Source: Oscillospiraceae bacterium (lineage in GTDB: Bacteria > Bacillota > Clostridia > Oscillospirales > Oscillospiraceae). From it: 64,000 bases of DNA. The stretch's first letter is position 1, and each line of letters starts with the position of its first letter. The notes under the pieces were generated by a model. That model saw nothing but the letters and a program-made list of their open reading frames with translations, was not told the origin of the DNA and made no database searches. The position numbers were made by a program, and so were the translations under genes. Location: contig JAFSBW010000071.1 in assembly GCA_017437095.1 (NCBI GenBank), forward strand, positions 322-64,321, in the 5' to 3' direction. Positions 29,701 through 38,600 of this stretch are shown piece after piece.

Positions 29701-30744
29701 ATGAAACTTCCCTTTTTCGCTTCCGACCTGGGCGTTGACCTGGGCAGCGCCAATGTGCTGATCTATACCGCCAGTGAGGGCATCAATGTCCGCGAGCCCT
29801 CCGTTGTGGCTGTGGATAAAAACACCGGCCGCATTTTGCAGGTAGGCGCTGCCGCCCGGAATATGCTGGGCAGAACGCCGGGCAATGTAGTGGCTATGCG
29901 CCCCCTGCGCTCCGGCGTGATCTCCGACCAGGAAATGACGGTTAAAATGCTGCAGGTCATGTTCAAATCCGCTATGGGCTCTTCTCTGTTTACCCCCAAG
30001 CCCAGAGTGGTCGTATGCGTGCCCAGCGGCGTTACCGAGGTTGAGGAGCGTACTGTGATCAACGCCGCCATCGAAGCCGGCGCCCGCCGTGTATACCTGA
30101 TCGAAGAGCCTCTGGCCGCTGCCCTGGGCGCAGGCCTGGATATTTCCGGCCCCAACGGCCACATGGTGGTAGACATTGGCGGCGGCACTACGGATATTGC
30201 CGTGCTGAGCATGAACGGCGTTGCGGTGTCCTCCTCCCTTACGGTGGCAGGCGACGCTTTTGACGAAGCCATTGCCCGCTATGTGCGCCGGCAGCACGGC
30301 ATCGTCATCGGCCAGGTTACCGCCGAGGAGATCAAGATCCAGATCGGCTGCGTAGCCCCCCGGGCGGAGGATATCGCTATGGTAGCCAAGGGCCGGGATG
30401 CCAAAACCGGCATGCCCCATGAGGTTACTCTGTATTCCAGCGAGATCATGGGCGTTTTGCAGCGGCCTGCCCGGCAGATCGCCGACGAGGTGCTTTCCGT
30501 GCTGGAAGCAACCTCCCCGGAGCTGGTTGGCGACATTGCCGCCAACGGCATTACCCTTACCGGCGGCGGCTGCCAGATCTGGGGTATGGATCAGGTGCTT
30601 CACGAGCGCACCGGCATCCCCTGCCACATTGCCGACGATCCCGATTCCTGCGTAGCCATCGGCTGCGGCAAGAGCCTGAAATGGCTCAGCCATATGCAGG
30701 AGGGTACCATCAACATCGCCCGCCGGCGCATTATGCAGCGCTGA
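29701..30744 (+). CDS. mreB: MreB/Mbl-family actin homologue
   Basis: DLGSAN, EPSVVA, IEEPLAAA, VDIGGGTTD, AEEIKI, LTGGG. Confidence 0.92.
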   Translation: MKLPFFASDLGVDLGSANVLIYTASEGINVREPSVVAVDKNTGRILQVGAAARNMLGRTPGNVVAMRPLRSGVISDQEMTVKMLQVMFKSAMGSSLFTPKPRVVVCVPSGVTEVEERTVINAAIEAGARRVYLIEEPLAAALGAGLDISGPNGHMVVDIGGGTTDIAVLSMNGVAVSSSLTVAGDAFDEAIARYVRRQHGIVIGQVTAEEIKIQIGCVAPRAEDIAMVAKGRDAKTGMPHEVTLYSSEIMGVLQRPARQIADEVLSVLEATSPELVGDIAANGITLTGGGCQIWGMDQVLHERTGIPCHIADDPDSCVAIGCGKSLKWLSHMQEGTINIARRRIMQR

Positions 30745-30786
30745 GCATTTTAAGCAAAACAAAATGGGGTTATCTCAAATGTGTGC

Positions 30787-30925
30787 GTAGGGAATGGCCT
30801 ATGTGCCATTCCGATAAAATGCCCATAAAACGCCAATAGGGGCGGCACACAGGCCGCCCCCTACGGTAATACTATATAATGATTCTTTTGGGAGTGTCTC
30901 ATTCATTTTGAGACACCCCCTCTTT
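30787..30925. repeat. Composite element: GTAG REP doublet plus GTGTCTCA/TGAGACAC hairpin (copy 1)
   Basis: Reverse complement closely matches 46790-46917. Confidence 0.82.
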
Positions 30926-30926
30926 T

Positions 30927-31754
30927 TTAGCCGTTTGCGGTTTTGTAGCCGCAGGGGCAGTCGTTTTGCCCATCGCAGCCGGTGGGGGTAAACTGTTTTT
31001 CCGGGAAAGGAATGCGGCTGAACATCTCGCAGGGGTCTTCCCCGCAGCCGGGCGTTTCGCAGCACTCCTTGGTGGGGATGCAGTAATCCAGCACCGGCAC
31101 TACGATCTGGGCATCCCGCTCCAGGCGGATGATGGAAAACTGGCCCAGCGTTACATAAAGCCGGCGGTTTTCCCCGGAGATCACCAGGTCTTCATCAAAC
31201 TGGTTACCGATCGGCCCGGGGATCTGGCAGGGGCTATCCTGTCCGCAATCGCAGCTGCGGCGCACCTTGCTGGCCAGGATCATAGGGTCAAGCACCTCTA
31301 CCACCGCTTTCGGCAGGTTGGCCGAGGGGATGCTCAGCCCGTCCGGGCCGCCCAGGCAGGTTTTGCTGGTAAAGATATGAGCCTTGCTCTCCTCCCCGCA
31401 AAGCACCGCCCGCTTGCTGAACACCGCCAAGCCGTACAGCACCGCCGGGCGGGTAGCGCCTACCAGGGCATCGGCCAGCACCCGGTAGTAAAAGGTAACA
31501 TCAATACAGTAGTGGTTGCGGTCGAAGGCCACCGGCTCCACATCGATGTAGGCGTACAGCAGCTGGGCGGAACGCACCTTAGCGCTGGCGCAGGAATCCA
31601 GAATGGTCTGAGATCCCTTGGTAAGATACACTCGCAGATCCTCAATGCAGTCTTTATCCCGGCAAGAATCGGTAATTTTTCCCGCGTGTACGCACATGGC
31701 GTTCTTTAAGTCCTGCGGGTCGCACCGCAGCAGCTCCTGGCATTGTTCATTCAT
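30927..31754 (-). CDS. Cys-rich hypothetical protein, possibly spore-associated
   Basis: AGGAGG SD; KITDSCRDKDC, LGQFSIIRLERD, DYCIPTKEC, DPCEMF; sigmaK-like upstream sequence. Confidence 0.75.
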   Translation of the reverse strand: MNEQCQELLRCDPQDLKNAMCVHAGKITDSCRDKDCIEDLRVYLTKGSQTILDSCASAKVRSAQLLYAYIDVEPVAFDRNHYCIDVTFYYRVLADALVGATRPAVLYGLAVFSKRAVLCGEESKAHIFTSKTCLGGPDGLSIPSANLPKAVVEVLDPMILASKVRRSCDCGQDSPCQIPGPIGNQFDEDLVISGENRRLYVTLGQFSIIRLERDAQIVVPVLDYCIPTKECCETPGCGEDPCEMFSRIPFPEKQFTPTGCDGQNDCPCGYKTANG

Positions 31755-31842
31755 GCATGATCCCTCCTGATTTGGTTTGGGCATATAAGCTACAGCGCTT
31801 ATATCCCAGTTTATGCAAGTTTTTCGCCGCTGTGCATAAGCC

Positions 31843-31875
31843 AAAAAAGCCGCTGCTCTCCGGGCAGCGGCTCTT
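31843..31875 (-). terminator. Terminator after galM
   Basis: AGCCGCTGC/GCAGCGGCT stem followed by a T run on the minus strand. Confidence 0.75.
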
Positions 31876-31879
31876 TGCG

Positions 31880-32899
31880 TTATAGGGTAAAGAATTTGTA
31901 GCGGGTTTCGCTTTTATACGCCTGCCCGGCGGGGGTGATGCTCCGGCGCCATTGGGGATGGTTCAGGCTGTTGGGATAATACTGGGTCTCCAGGGCCACG
32001 CCACTGCGGGGGGCGTAACGCACGCCGCCTTTGCCTATCTCATGGGTAAAATTGGCGGTATACACCTGGATGCCGGGGCAATCGGTATAAACCGCCATAG
32101 CCCGGCCGGAAGCCGGATCTGAAAGCGTTGCGCAGGGGTTGCAGAACACCTCAAAGTTATGGTCAATGCCGTTTTGCAGCTTCAAAGGCTCAAAATCCTG
32201 CTCCATATCCCGGCCCAGGGGCTTGGGGCTGCGAAAATCCATTGGCGTTCCGGCTACCGGGAGCAGCTGACCGGTGGGGATGCTCTGGGCATCCGCCGGG
32301 GTAAAGACCCTGGCGGGCATACAAAACAGCTGCTCCATAGCCTTTTGGGGCTGATGGTGGCCGGCCAGGTTGAAATAGCTGTGGTTGGTCAGGTTGAAAA
32401 CCGTGTCCCGGTCGGCAACTGCCCAATAGCGCACAGCCAGGGTATTGCCCCCTTCCAGGGCGTACTCTACCCGGATCACCGCATCGCCGGGAAAGCCCTG
32501 ATCCCCATGGGGGCTGCGCAGGGTAAAGCTTATGCGGTCTGCTTCCCGGCTTTCCAGCTGCCAGAGCCTATCCTTATAATAATCCGGGCCGCTGTGCAGG
32601 TTGTTTTCCCCTTCGTTTTTGCCCAGGCAGACCCTTTCGCCGTTTAAAGGAAAGCTCGCCCCCGCTACCCGGTTGGCATTGCGGCCAACGGTAGCGCCAA
32701 AAAATGTGCCGGAGCGGATATAATCGGCAGGCTCGTCAAAGCCCAGCACCACATCTGCCACCTGGCCATCCCGGCCCGGCACAAATAAGCTTACCAAAGT
32801 TGCCCCCAGATCGGTGATCCGGGCAATCATTTTCCCGGAAGCAATGGTATAAATAGTTACAGCTTCACCGCCGGGAAGCTTGCCGAATTCTTCGCCCAT
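31880..32899 (-). CDS. galM: Aldose 1-epimerase (galactose mutarotase)
   Basis: GATVGRNANRV, NLHSG, NLTNHSYFNL, IDHNF, ALETQ. Confidence 0.95.
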   Translation of the reverse strand: MGEEFGKLPGGEAVTIYTIASGKMIARITDLGATLVSLFVPGRDGQVADVVLGFDEPADYIRSGTFFGATVGRNANRVAGASFPLNGERVCLGKNEGENNLHSGPDYYKDRLWQLESREADRISFTLRSPHGDQGFPGDAVIRVEYALEGGNTLAVRYWAVADRDTVFNLTNHSYFNLAGHHQPQKAMEQLFCMPARVFTPADAQSIPTGQLLPVAGTPMDFRSPKPLGRDMEQDFEPLKLQNGIDHNFEVFCNPCATLSDPASGRAMAVYTDCPGIQVYTANFTHEIGKGGVRYAPRSGVALETQYYPNSLNHPQWRRSITPAGQAYKSETRYKFFTL

Positions 32900-33090
32900 A
32901 GAAAACCCTCCTTAAAAGTTGGAAAAAGGGATCTTTTCCTATATTTCCCTTTTGCCTATTATACGCCAGAATCTCCCGGTTTTCAAAGGGTAGTTTATAA
33001 AAAAGGGGGGTATTTTAAAACATTTTCTGCTCCTTTGGCATATTCCCTTCCCCGCTCTTTCGTCAACAAAAAACCGGTTACAAAATTTAA

Positions 33091-33141
33091 CCACATGATT
33101 TAGTGATTCCCTCTTGCAAAAACCACAATATATAGTATAAT
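33091..33141 (+). promoter_or_regulatory. Tandem NrdR boxes overlapping the nrdD promoter
   Basis: CCACATGATTTAGTG (33091) and CCACAATATATAGTA (33123), 32 bp apart; TTGCAA-16 bp-TATAAT at 33114-33141. Confidence 0.8.
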
Positions 33142-33192
33142 AATCCATGCACGGCGCTCTATTCTTCAGGCGCACGCGAAGGAGGACAAAAT

Positions 33193-35367
33193 ATGAAGAT
33201 TATAAAGAGAAACGGTGCCGAAGCTACCTTCGACATTGAAAAGATCGTACTAGCCATTACCAAGGCCAACCTTGCCTGCGAGGAAAAGGTACGCATGACC
33301 CCCCTGCAGATCCAGCGCATCGCCCAGAGCGTAAGCATCAGCTGCGAGGAAATGGGCCGCAGCCCCTCTGTGGAGGAGATCCAGGATCTGGTAGAAAAGG
33401 CCATTATGGCCCACGGCGCTTTTGAGGTTGCCAAGCAGTATATTACCTACCGCTATACCCGCAGTCTGCTGCGCCAGAGCAACACCACCGATGGGCGCAT
33501 CCTCAGCCTGATCGAATGCAACAACGAGGAAGTTAAGCAGGAAAACGCCAACAAAAACCCCACCGTCAACGCCGTTCAGCGCGACTATATGGCAGGCGAA
33601 GTTTCTAAGGACATTACCGCCCGCATCCTGCTGCCCCAGGAGATCGTAGCTGCCCATGAGGCCGGCATTATCCATTTCCACGATTCCGACTATTACGCCC
33701 AGCATATGCACAATTGCGATCTGGTGAATCTGGAAGATATGCTGCAAAACGGCACGGTGATTTCCGGCACGCTGATCGAAAAGCCCCATTCCTTCTCCAC
33801 CGCCTGCAACATTGCTACCCAGATCATTGCCCAGGTAGCTTCCAACCAGTACGGCGGCCAGAGCATCAGCCTTACCCACCTGGCTCCCTTTGTGCAGATC
33901 AGCCGGGAGCGCATCCGCAAAACTGTGGAAAAAGAGCTGGCCATCTACGGCGTTGCTCCCGATGAGCAGAGCATCACCAAGGTAGTTGAGCAGCGCCTGC
34001 GGGACGAGGTCGCCCGGGGCGTGCAGACCATCCAGTACCAGGTGGTTACCCTGATGACTACCAACGGCCAAGCCCCCTTTATTACCGTATTTATGTACCT
34101 GAACGAGGCCAGAAACGAGCAGGAAAAGAAGGATCTGGCCATGATCATTGAGGAAACTCTGCGCCAGCGCTACGAGGGCGTAAAGAACGAAAAGGGCGTT
34201 TGGATCACCCCCGCTTTCCCCAAGCTGATCTATGTTTTGGAAGAGGACAATATCCGCGAAGGCACCCCCTATTGGTACCTTACCCGCCTTGCCGCCCAGG
34301 TTACCGCCAAGCGCATGGTGCCGGATTATATCAGCGAAAAGAAGATGCTGGAGCTGAAGGTAGACCGCAACGGCCAAGGCCATTGCTATACCTGCATGGG
34401 CTGCCGCTCCTTCCTTACCCCCTATGTGGACGAAAACGGCAAGCCTAAGTATTACGGCCGGTTTAACCAGGGCGTAGTAACCATCAACCTGGTGGATGTT
34501 GCCCTTTCCAGCGGCCGGGATGCTGTTAAATTCTGGGAGATCTTCGACCAGCGGCTGGAGCTTTGCCACCAGGCGCTGATGTGCCGCCATAACCGGCTGA
34601 AGGGTACGCTCAGCGATGCCGCCCCCATTTTGTGGCAGTACGGCGCCCTGGCCAGGCTGAAAAAGGGCGAGCCTATCGACAAGCTGCTCTACGGCGGCTA
34701 CTCCACCATCTCCCTGGGCTACGCCGGCCTTTACGAATGCGTAAAGTATATGACCGGCCACTCCCATACCGACCCGGATGCCAAGCCCTTTGCTCTGCAG
34801 GTCATGCAGCATATGAACGATGCCTGCAAGAGCTGGAAGGCTCAGCACAATATCGATTTCTCCCTCTACGGCACGCCCCTGGAAAGCACAACCTACAAGT
34901 TCGCCAAGTGCCTGCAAAACCGCTTTGGCATGGTGCCCGGCATTACCGATAAGAGCTACATAACCAACTCTTACCATGTGCATGTATCTGAGCAGATCGA
35001 CGCCTTTACCAAGCTGGCCTTTGAATCGGAGTTCCAGCAGCTCAGCCCCGGCGGCGCCATCAGCTATGTGGAAGTGCCCAATATGCAGCAGAACATCGAT
35101 GCCGTGCTGGAAGTTATGCAGTTTATTTACGACAATATTATGTACGCCGAGCTGAACACCAAGAGCGACTACTGCCAGGAATGCGGCTTTGACGGAGAAA
35201 TTGAGATCCGGGAAGATGACGGCAAGCTCATTTGGGTATGCCCCCAGTGCGGCAATACGGACCAGAGCAAGATGAATGTAGCCCGCAGGACCTGCGGCTA
35301 TATCGGCACCCAGTATTGGAATCAGGGCCGCACCCAGGAGATCAAAGACCGGGTGCTGCACCTGTAA
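33193..35367 (+). CDS. nrdD: Anaerobic (class III) ribonucleoside-triphosphate reductase
   Basis: N-terminal ATP cone (IIKRNG), HFHD, MGCRSFL, GRFNQGVVTINL, YITNSYH, CxxC..CxxC, RRTCGYI glycyl loop. Confidence 0.97.
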   Translation: MKIIKRNGAEATFDIEKIVLAITKANLACEEKVRMTPLQIQRIAQSVSISCEEMGRSPSVEEIQDLVEKAIMAHGAFEVAKQYITYRYTRSLLRQSNTTDGRILSLIECNNEEVKQENANKNPTVNAVQRDYMAGEVSKDITARILLPQEIVAAHEAGIIHFHDSDYYAQHMHNCDLVNLEDMLQNGTVISGTLIEKPHSFSTACNIATQIIAQVASNQYGGQSISLTHLAPFVQISRERIRKTVEKELAIYGVAPDEQSITKVVEQRLRDEVARGVQTIQYQVVTLMTTNGQAPFITVFMYLNEARNEQEKKDLAMIIEETLRQRYEGVKNEKGVWITPAFPKLIYVLEEDNIREGTPYWYLTRLAAQVTAKRMVPDYISEKKMLELKVDRNGQGHCYTCMGCRSFLTPYVDENGKPKYYGRFNQGVVTINLVDVALSSGRDAVKFWEIFDQRLELCHQALMCRHNRLKGTLSDAAPILWQYGALARLKKGEPIDKLLYGGYSTISLGYAGLYECVKYMTGHSHTDPDAKPFALQVMQHMNDACKSWKAQHNIDFSLYGTPLESTTYKFAKCLQNRFGMVPGITDKSYITNSYHVHVSEQIDAFTKLAFESEFQQLSPGGAISYVEVPNMQQNIDAVLEVMQFIYDNIMYAELNTKSDYCQECGFDGEIEIREDDGKLIWVCPQCGNTDQSKMNVARRTCGYIGTQYWNQGRTQEIKDRVLHL

Positions 35368-35418
35368 CGGCCCAGAATACCCCGGCGCCAACAAGCAGCC
35401 CAATATATCCGCAATGAA

Positions 35419-35498
35419 CGGCGGGAGCAAGCCTCCGCCCTACATTCCCTGGCCATACTCTGTTAGGGAATGTAGAGCCGCCCCTCCTGGGGCGGCCG
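35419..35498. repeat. GTAG-type REP pair in back-to-back orientation
   Basis: CGGCGGGAGCAAGCCTCCGCCCTAC and GTAGAGCCGCCCCTCCTGGGGCGGCCG, joined by the inverted repeat CTACATTCCCT/AGGGAATGTAG. Confidence 0.7.
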
Positions 35499-35527
35499 AT
35501 ACCGCCATTCAATGCCCAGCCCAAAAT

Positions 35528-35567
35528 AAGCCCCCCAAACCGCATTGGCGGCTTGGGGAGCTTTTTT
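35528..35567 (+). terminator. Terminator after nrdD
   Basis: Imperfect AAGCCCCCCAAACCGC/GCGGCTTGGGGAGCTT stem followed by a T run. Confidence 0.7.
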
Positions 35568-35610
35568 ATCTTTTTCTGCCGCTGCTCTGCTCAAATGCAG
35601 CCCAAACAGC

Positions 35611-35640
35611 AAATCCCCCGCAGGCGAGCCTGCGGGGGAT
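35611..35640 (-). terminator. Terminator after the giant pectinase gene
   Basis: ATCCCCCGCAGG/CCTGCGGGGGAT stem. Confidence 0.75.
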
Positions 35641-35672
35641 GCTTTGTTTAACTAGGCCTTTTCAGCTTTTCC

Positions 35673-38600
35673 TTAGAACTCGCGCTTGCGAATTACCATA
35701 GGAACAGCTACCAGAGCCATACCTGCCAGGAGCATCACTGCCAGCCACAGCATGCCGTTGAAGCTATCGCCGGTGCCGGGGTTGGAGGGATCTTCAGGCT
35801 CTTCCTCGCCGGGAGTGGTCTCGCCGCCATCGCCGCCGATGCCGCCGCCGGGAGTGGTCTCGCTGGGAGTTTCACCGCCGGGAGTGGTCTCGCTGGGAGT
35901 CTCACCGCCGGGAGTGGTCTCGCTGGGAGTCTCGCCGCCGGGAGTGGTCTCGCCGGGCTGATCGCCGCCGGGAGTAGTCTCGCCGGGCTGATCGGGATCG
36001 TCAGGATCTACAGAGGGAGTGCCGCTGGGCTCAGCGCCGCCGGGGATCTGGGAGTTGGGAGACTTCTCCAGGAAGCCCTGCAGGTTGATGGTGCCGTCTT
36101 CGTTGCGCTCAACGCCCTTGAACTCGGTGGAGATAAAGTCTTCAGCGGTAACAGTCTGGCCTGCGGTGTTGGCAGAGCCGTTCTCCAGCCAGTAGTAGTT
36201 GGTATCGCCCATGAACTTGCTGGTATCCTGGTTGCCTCTGGGCTTCAGGTTGTCGTAGGTGTTGTAGCCGCTCTTTACGGTATCATCCTTGAAGGAGATG
36301 ATGCCGGTAGCCTGGAAGTCGGTATTCTGGTTGATGTTGGTGTAGAAGGCTACGTTGTAGCTTTCGTTGTTGTAGGTGGTGCAGTTCTCAACGATGATGT
36401 TGGGGCCGGAGTTGGAGTCGATACCCTTGGCCTTGTTGAAGAAGGCGTAGGAGTTGATCAACTTGTGAGCGCCGGGCACGTTGGAGCCGCCCATCTTGAA
36501 GCCGTTGCCGTTACCGGCATTGGTGCCGTCTTCCAGATAGCCGTTGGAGTAAGCAACACAGTTCTTAATGGTAACTGCGCCGATGGGGCCGGTATCGACC
36601 TTGGCGTACAGATCCCAACCGTCGTCAGCGTTGTGGTGAGCCACGCAGCCGTCGAATACGTTGCCGGGGCCGCAGGTCAGCTTGGCGGCGAAGCCGTCAG
36701 CATCCTCGTAGCCGGCGTCGGCATTGCCGTAGGAGGTACAGTTGAGGATCAGGTTGTTGCTGGGCCATTCGCTGGGCAGGTCTGTGCCCTTGGCGCGGCT
36801 GAGCTGGATGCCGGAGTTACCGTTGTGGTAAGCATTTACATTTTCGATGACACAGTTGCTGCCGCTCAGGTGGAAGCCGGGCTTGCCGTTGAGGGAGTTG
36901 GTGACATCGAAGCCTTCGAAGTACCAGTAGTCACCGGAAGCAACCAGGCCGCCGCCAATGCCCTGGAAGTCCAGAACGGGACGGGTAGTAGCATCGGGAT
37001 CGGGGATCAAGCGGATGGGCTGCTCAGCAGTACCGTTGATAGAGTTATCAATGGTCATGGTGTCCTTCAGCTTGTAGGTGCCTTCCATCAGGATGATGGT
37101 CTGGCCGGGACGAACTACATTCAAAGCAGTCTTCAGATCCAGGGGGTACTTCTTGGTGCCGGCGTTTGCCGGGTGGCCATACTTGGGCGCAACATAGATA
37201 ACGTCCTTATCGCGGAATCTGCTGTTGTAGGTAACCTGCAGGTCAGCCTTTGCAACATTGGTGCTGGCCAGCTCGGTATTCTCGCCCAGATCCTGATCGG
37301 GATCGGGAGTCATCCAGAAGCGGAAGTCTACCTCGGCCAGGTAAGGCAGCTCAACGGGGATGTCCAGACGGACACCGGCCTCGATGGGAATGGCCTCGTA
37401 GATGTAGGTCTGATGCATCAGGATCTTAACAGTACCGGATACATTGGACAGCAGGCTCAGGGTATACTCGGGAACGGAAGCGTGGGTAGCGGAAACAGCA
37501 GAGATAGTGGGAGTAATGTAGGTTACGGGGATCTCTTCAGCGGGAGCGTCCTCGGAAGGATCGATGGTGCTCAGCTCTTCGATGGTGAAGGTAGCGCGAG
37601 CATTACGGGCTGCGAAGAAGCCCACGTATACATTCTCGGTATCCAGCTGGCTCAGAGCCTTGGGATCGTAGTTCTTCTGCTGGCCGATGATGTTGCCGTC
37701 TGCATCATAATAGGTGATGAAGTAGCCGGTGTTGTTTCTCTGGATCTCCAGGATGAAATCAGTATCTTCCTTGATGGTGATCAGGCCGGCAGTATCCAGC
37801 TTGGAGGGATCGGTGCAGTTGCCAACTACATTGTAGTTACCCTTTTCGTTCTTCTCGGCGATGGAGATATCCAGAGGATAGGTTACGCCGTTGGCAACGG
37901 AAAGGATGGTAGCAGAATCGTTGGACTCGATCTTGCTCAGGTTTTCGGGAGTGATACCAACCTTAGCGGTAGTACCAACGCCCAGGCGGAGGTTGTACTT
38001 TACGCCGATATCAGCGGCCACATCGGTGTGGAAGATCTCGCCGGTGGCATGATCGTACTTGTACTCCACCTTAGACAGCATTGCCATGTACTGGTTGGAC
38101 CACCAGGTAGCAACGCCGTTGGGGGCTACCCGGTCGGTAGCCATGATGCCGAAGCCTTCCTGGCCGTTGGAGTAGCTCCAGGAATCTACATGCACCTTGA
38201 CCCGGAAGGTAAAGTTCTTATCCTCGGGGATCGCGGTGTAGTAGTAGGTCAGGCCGTCGGAATCCTTGTACTGCAGCTTGCCCTTACCGCCCTCGGAGTA
38301 AACGGTTACAACGCCGTCCTCGTTCATATCGCCAACAACGCCGTTGGTGGAGGTGCTGGTGGAGGGGCCGTAGATGGTGGTGGACCATACGCGCTGAGCC
38401 TTTTCGGTAGCGGTAGCGGTCATGGCTTCGCTCATAGCCTTGTCTTCGCCGCGAACAGCTTCTACGGTGAAGGAGTACTTGGTGCCAACGGTCAAGCCGG
38501 TGGCGGTGTACTTCAGCTCGGTGGTGTTGCCGGCCAGAACGCCGTCAACATAGACATTGTAGCTCTCAGCTTCCTGAGCGGCATTCCAGACGACCTCAAC

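Noticed and set aside
33250-35430. 726-aa minus-strand ORF
   Set aside because: Antisense shadow of nrdD.
35800-35995. 30-bp repeats as CRISPR or iterons
   Set aside because: In-frame coding repeats of a Pro/Thr/Gly stalk; the same applies to the TTEAPA repeats at ~43890-43990.
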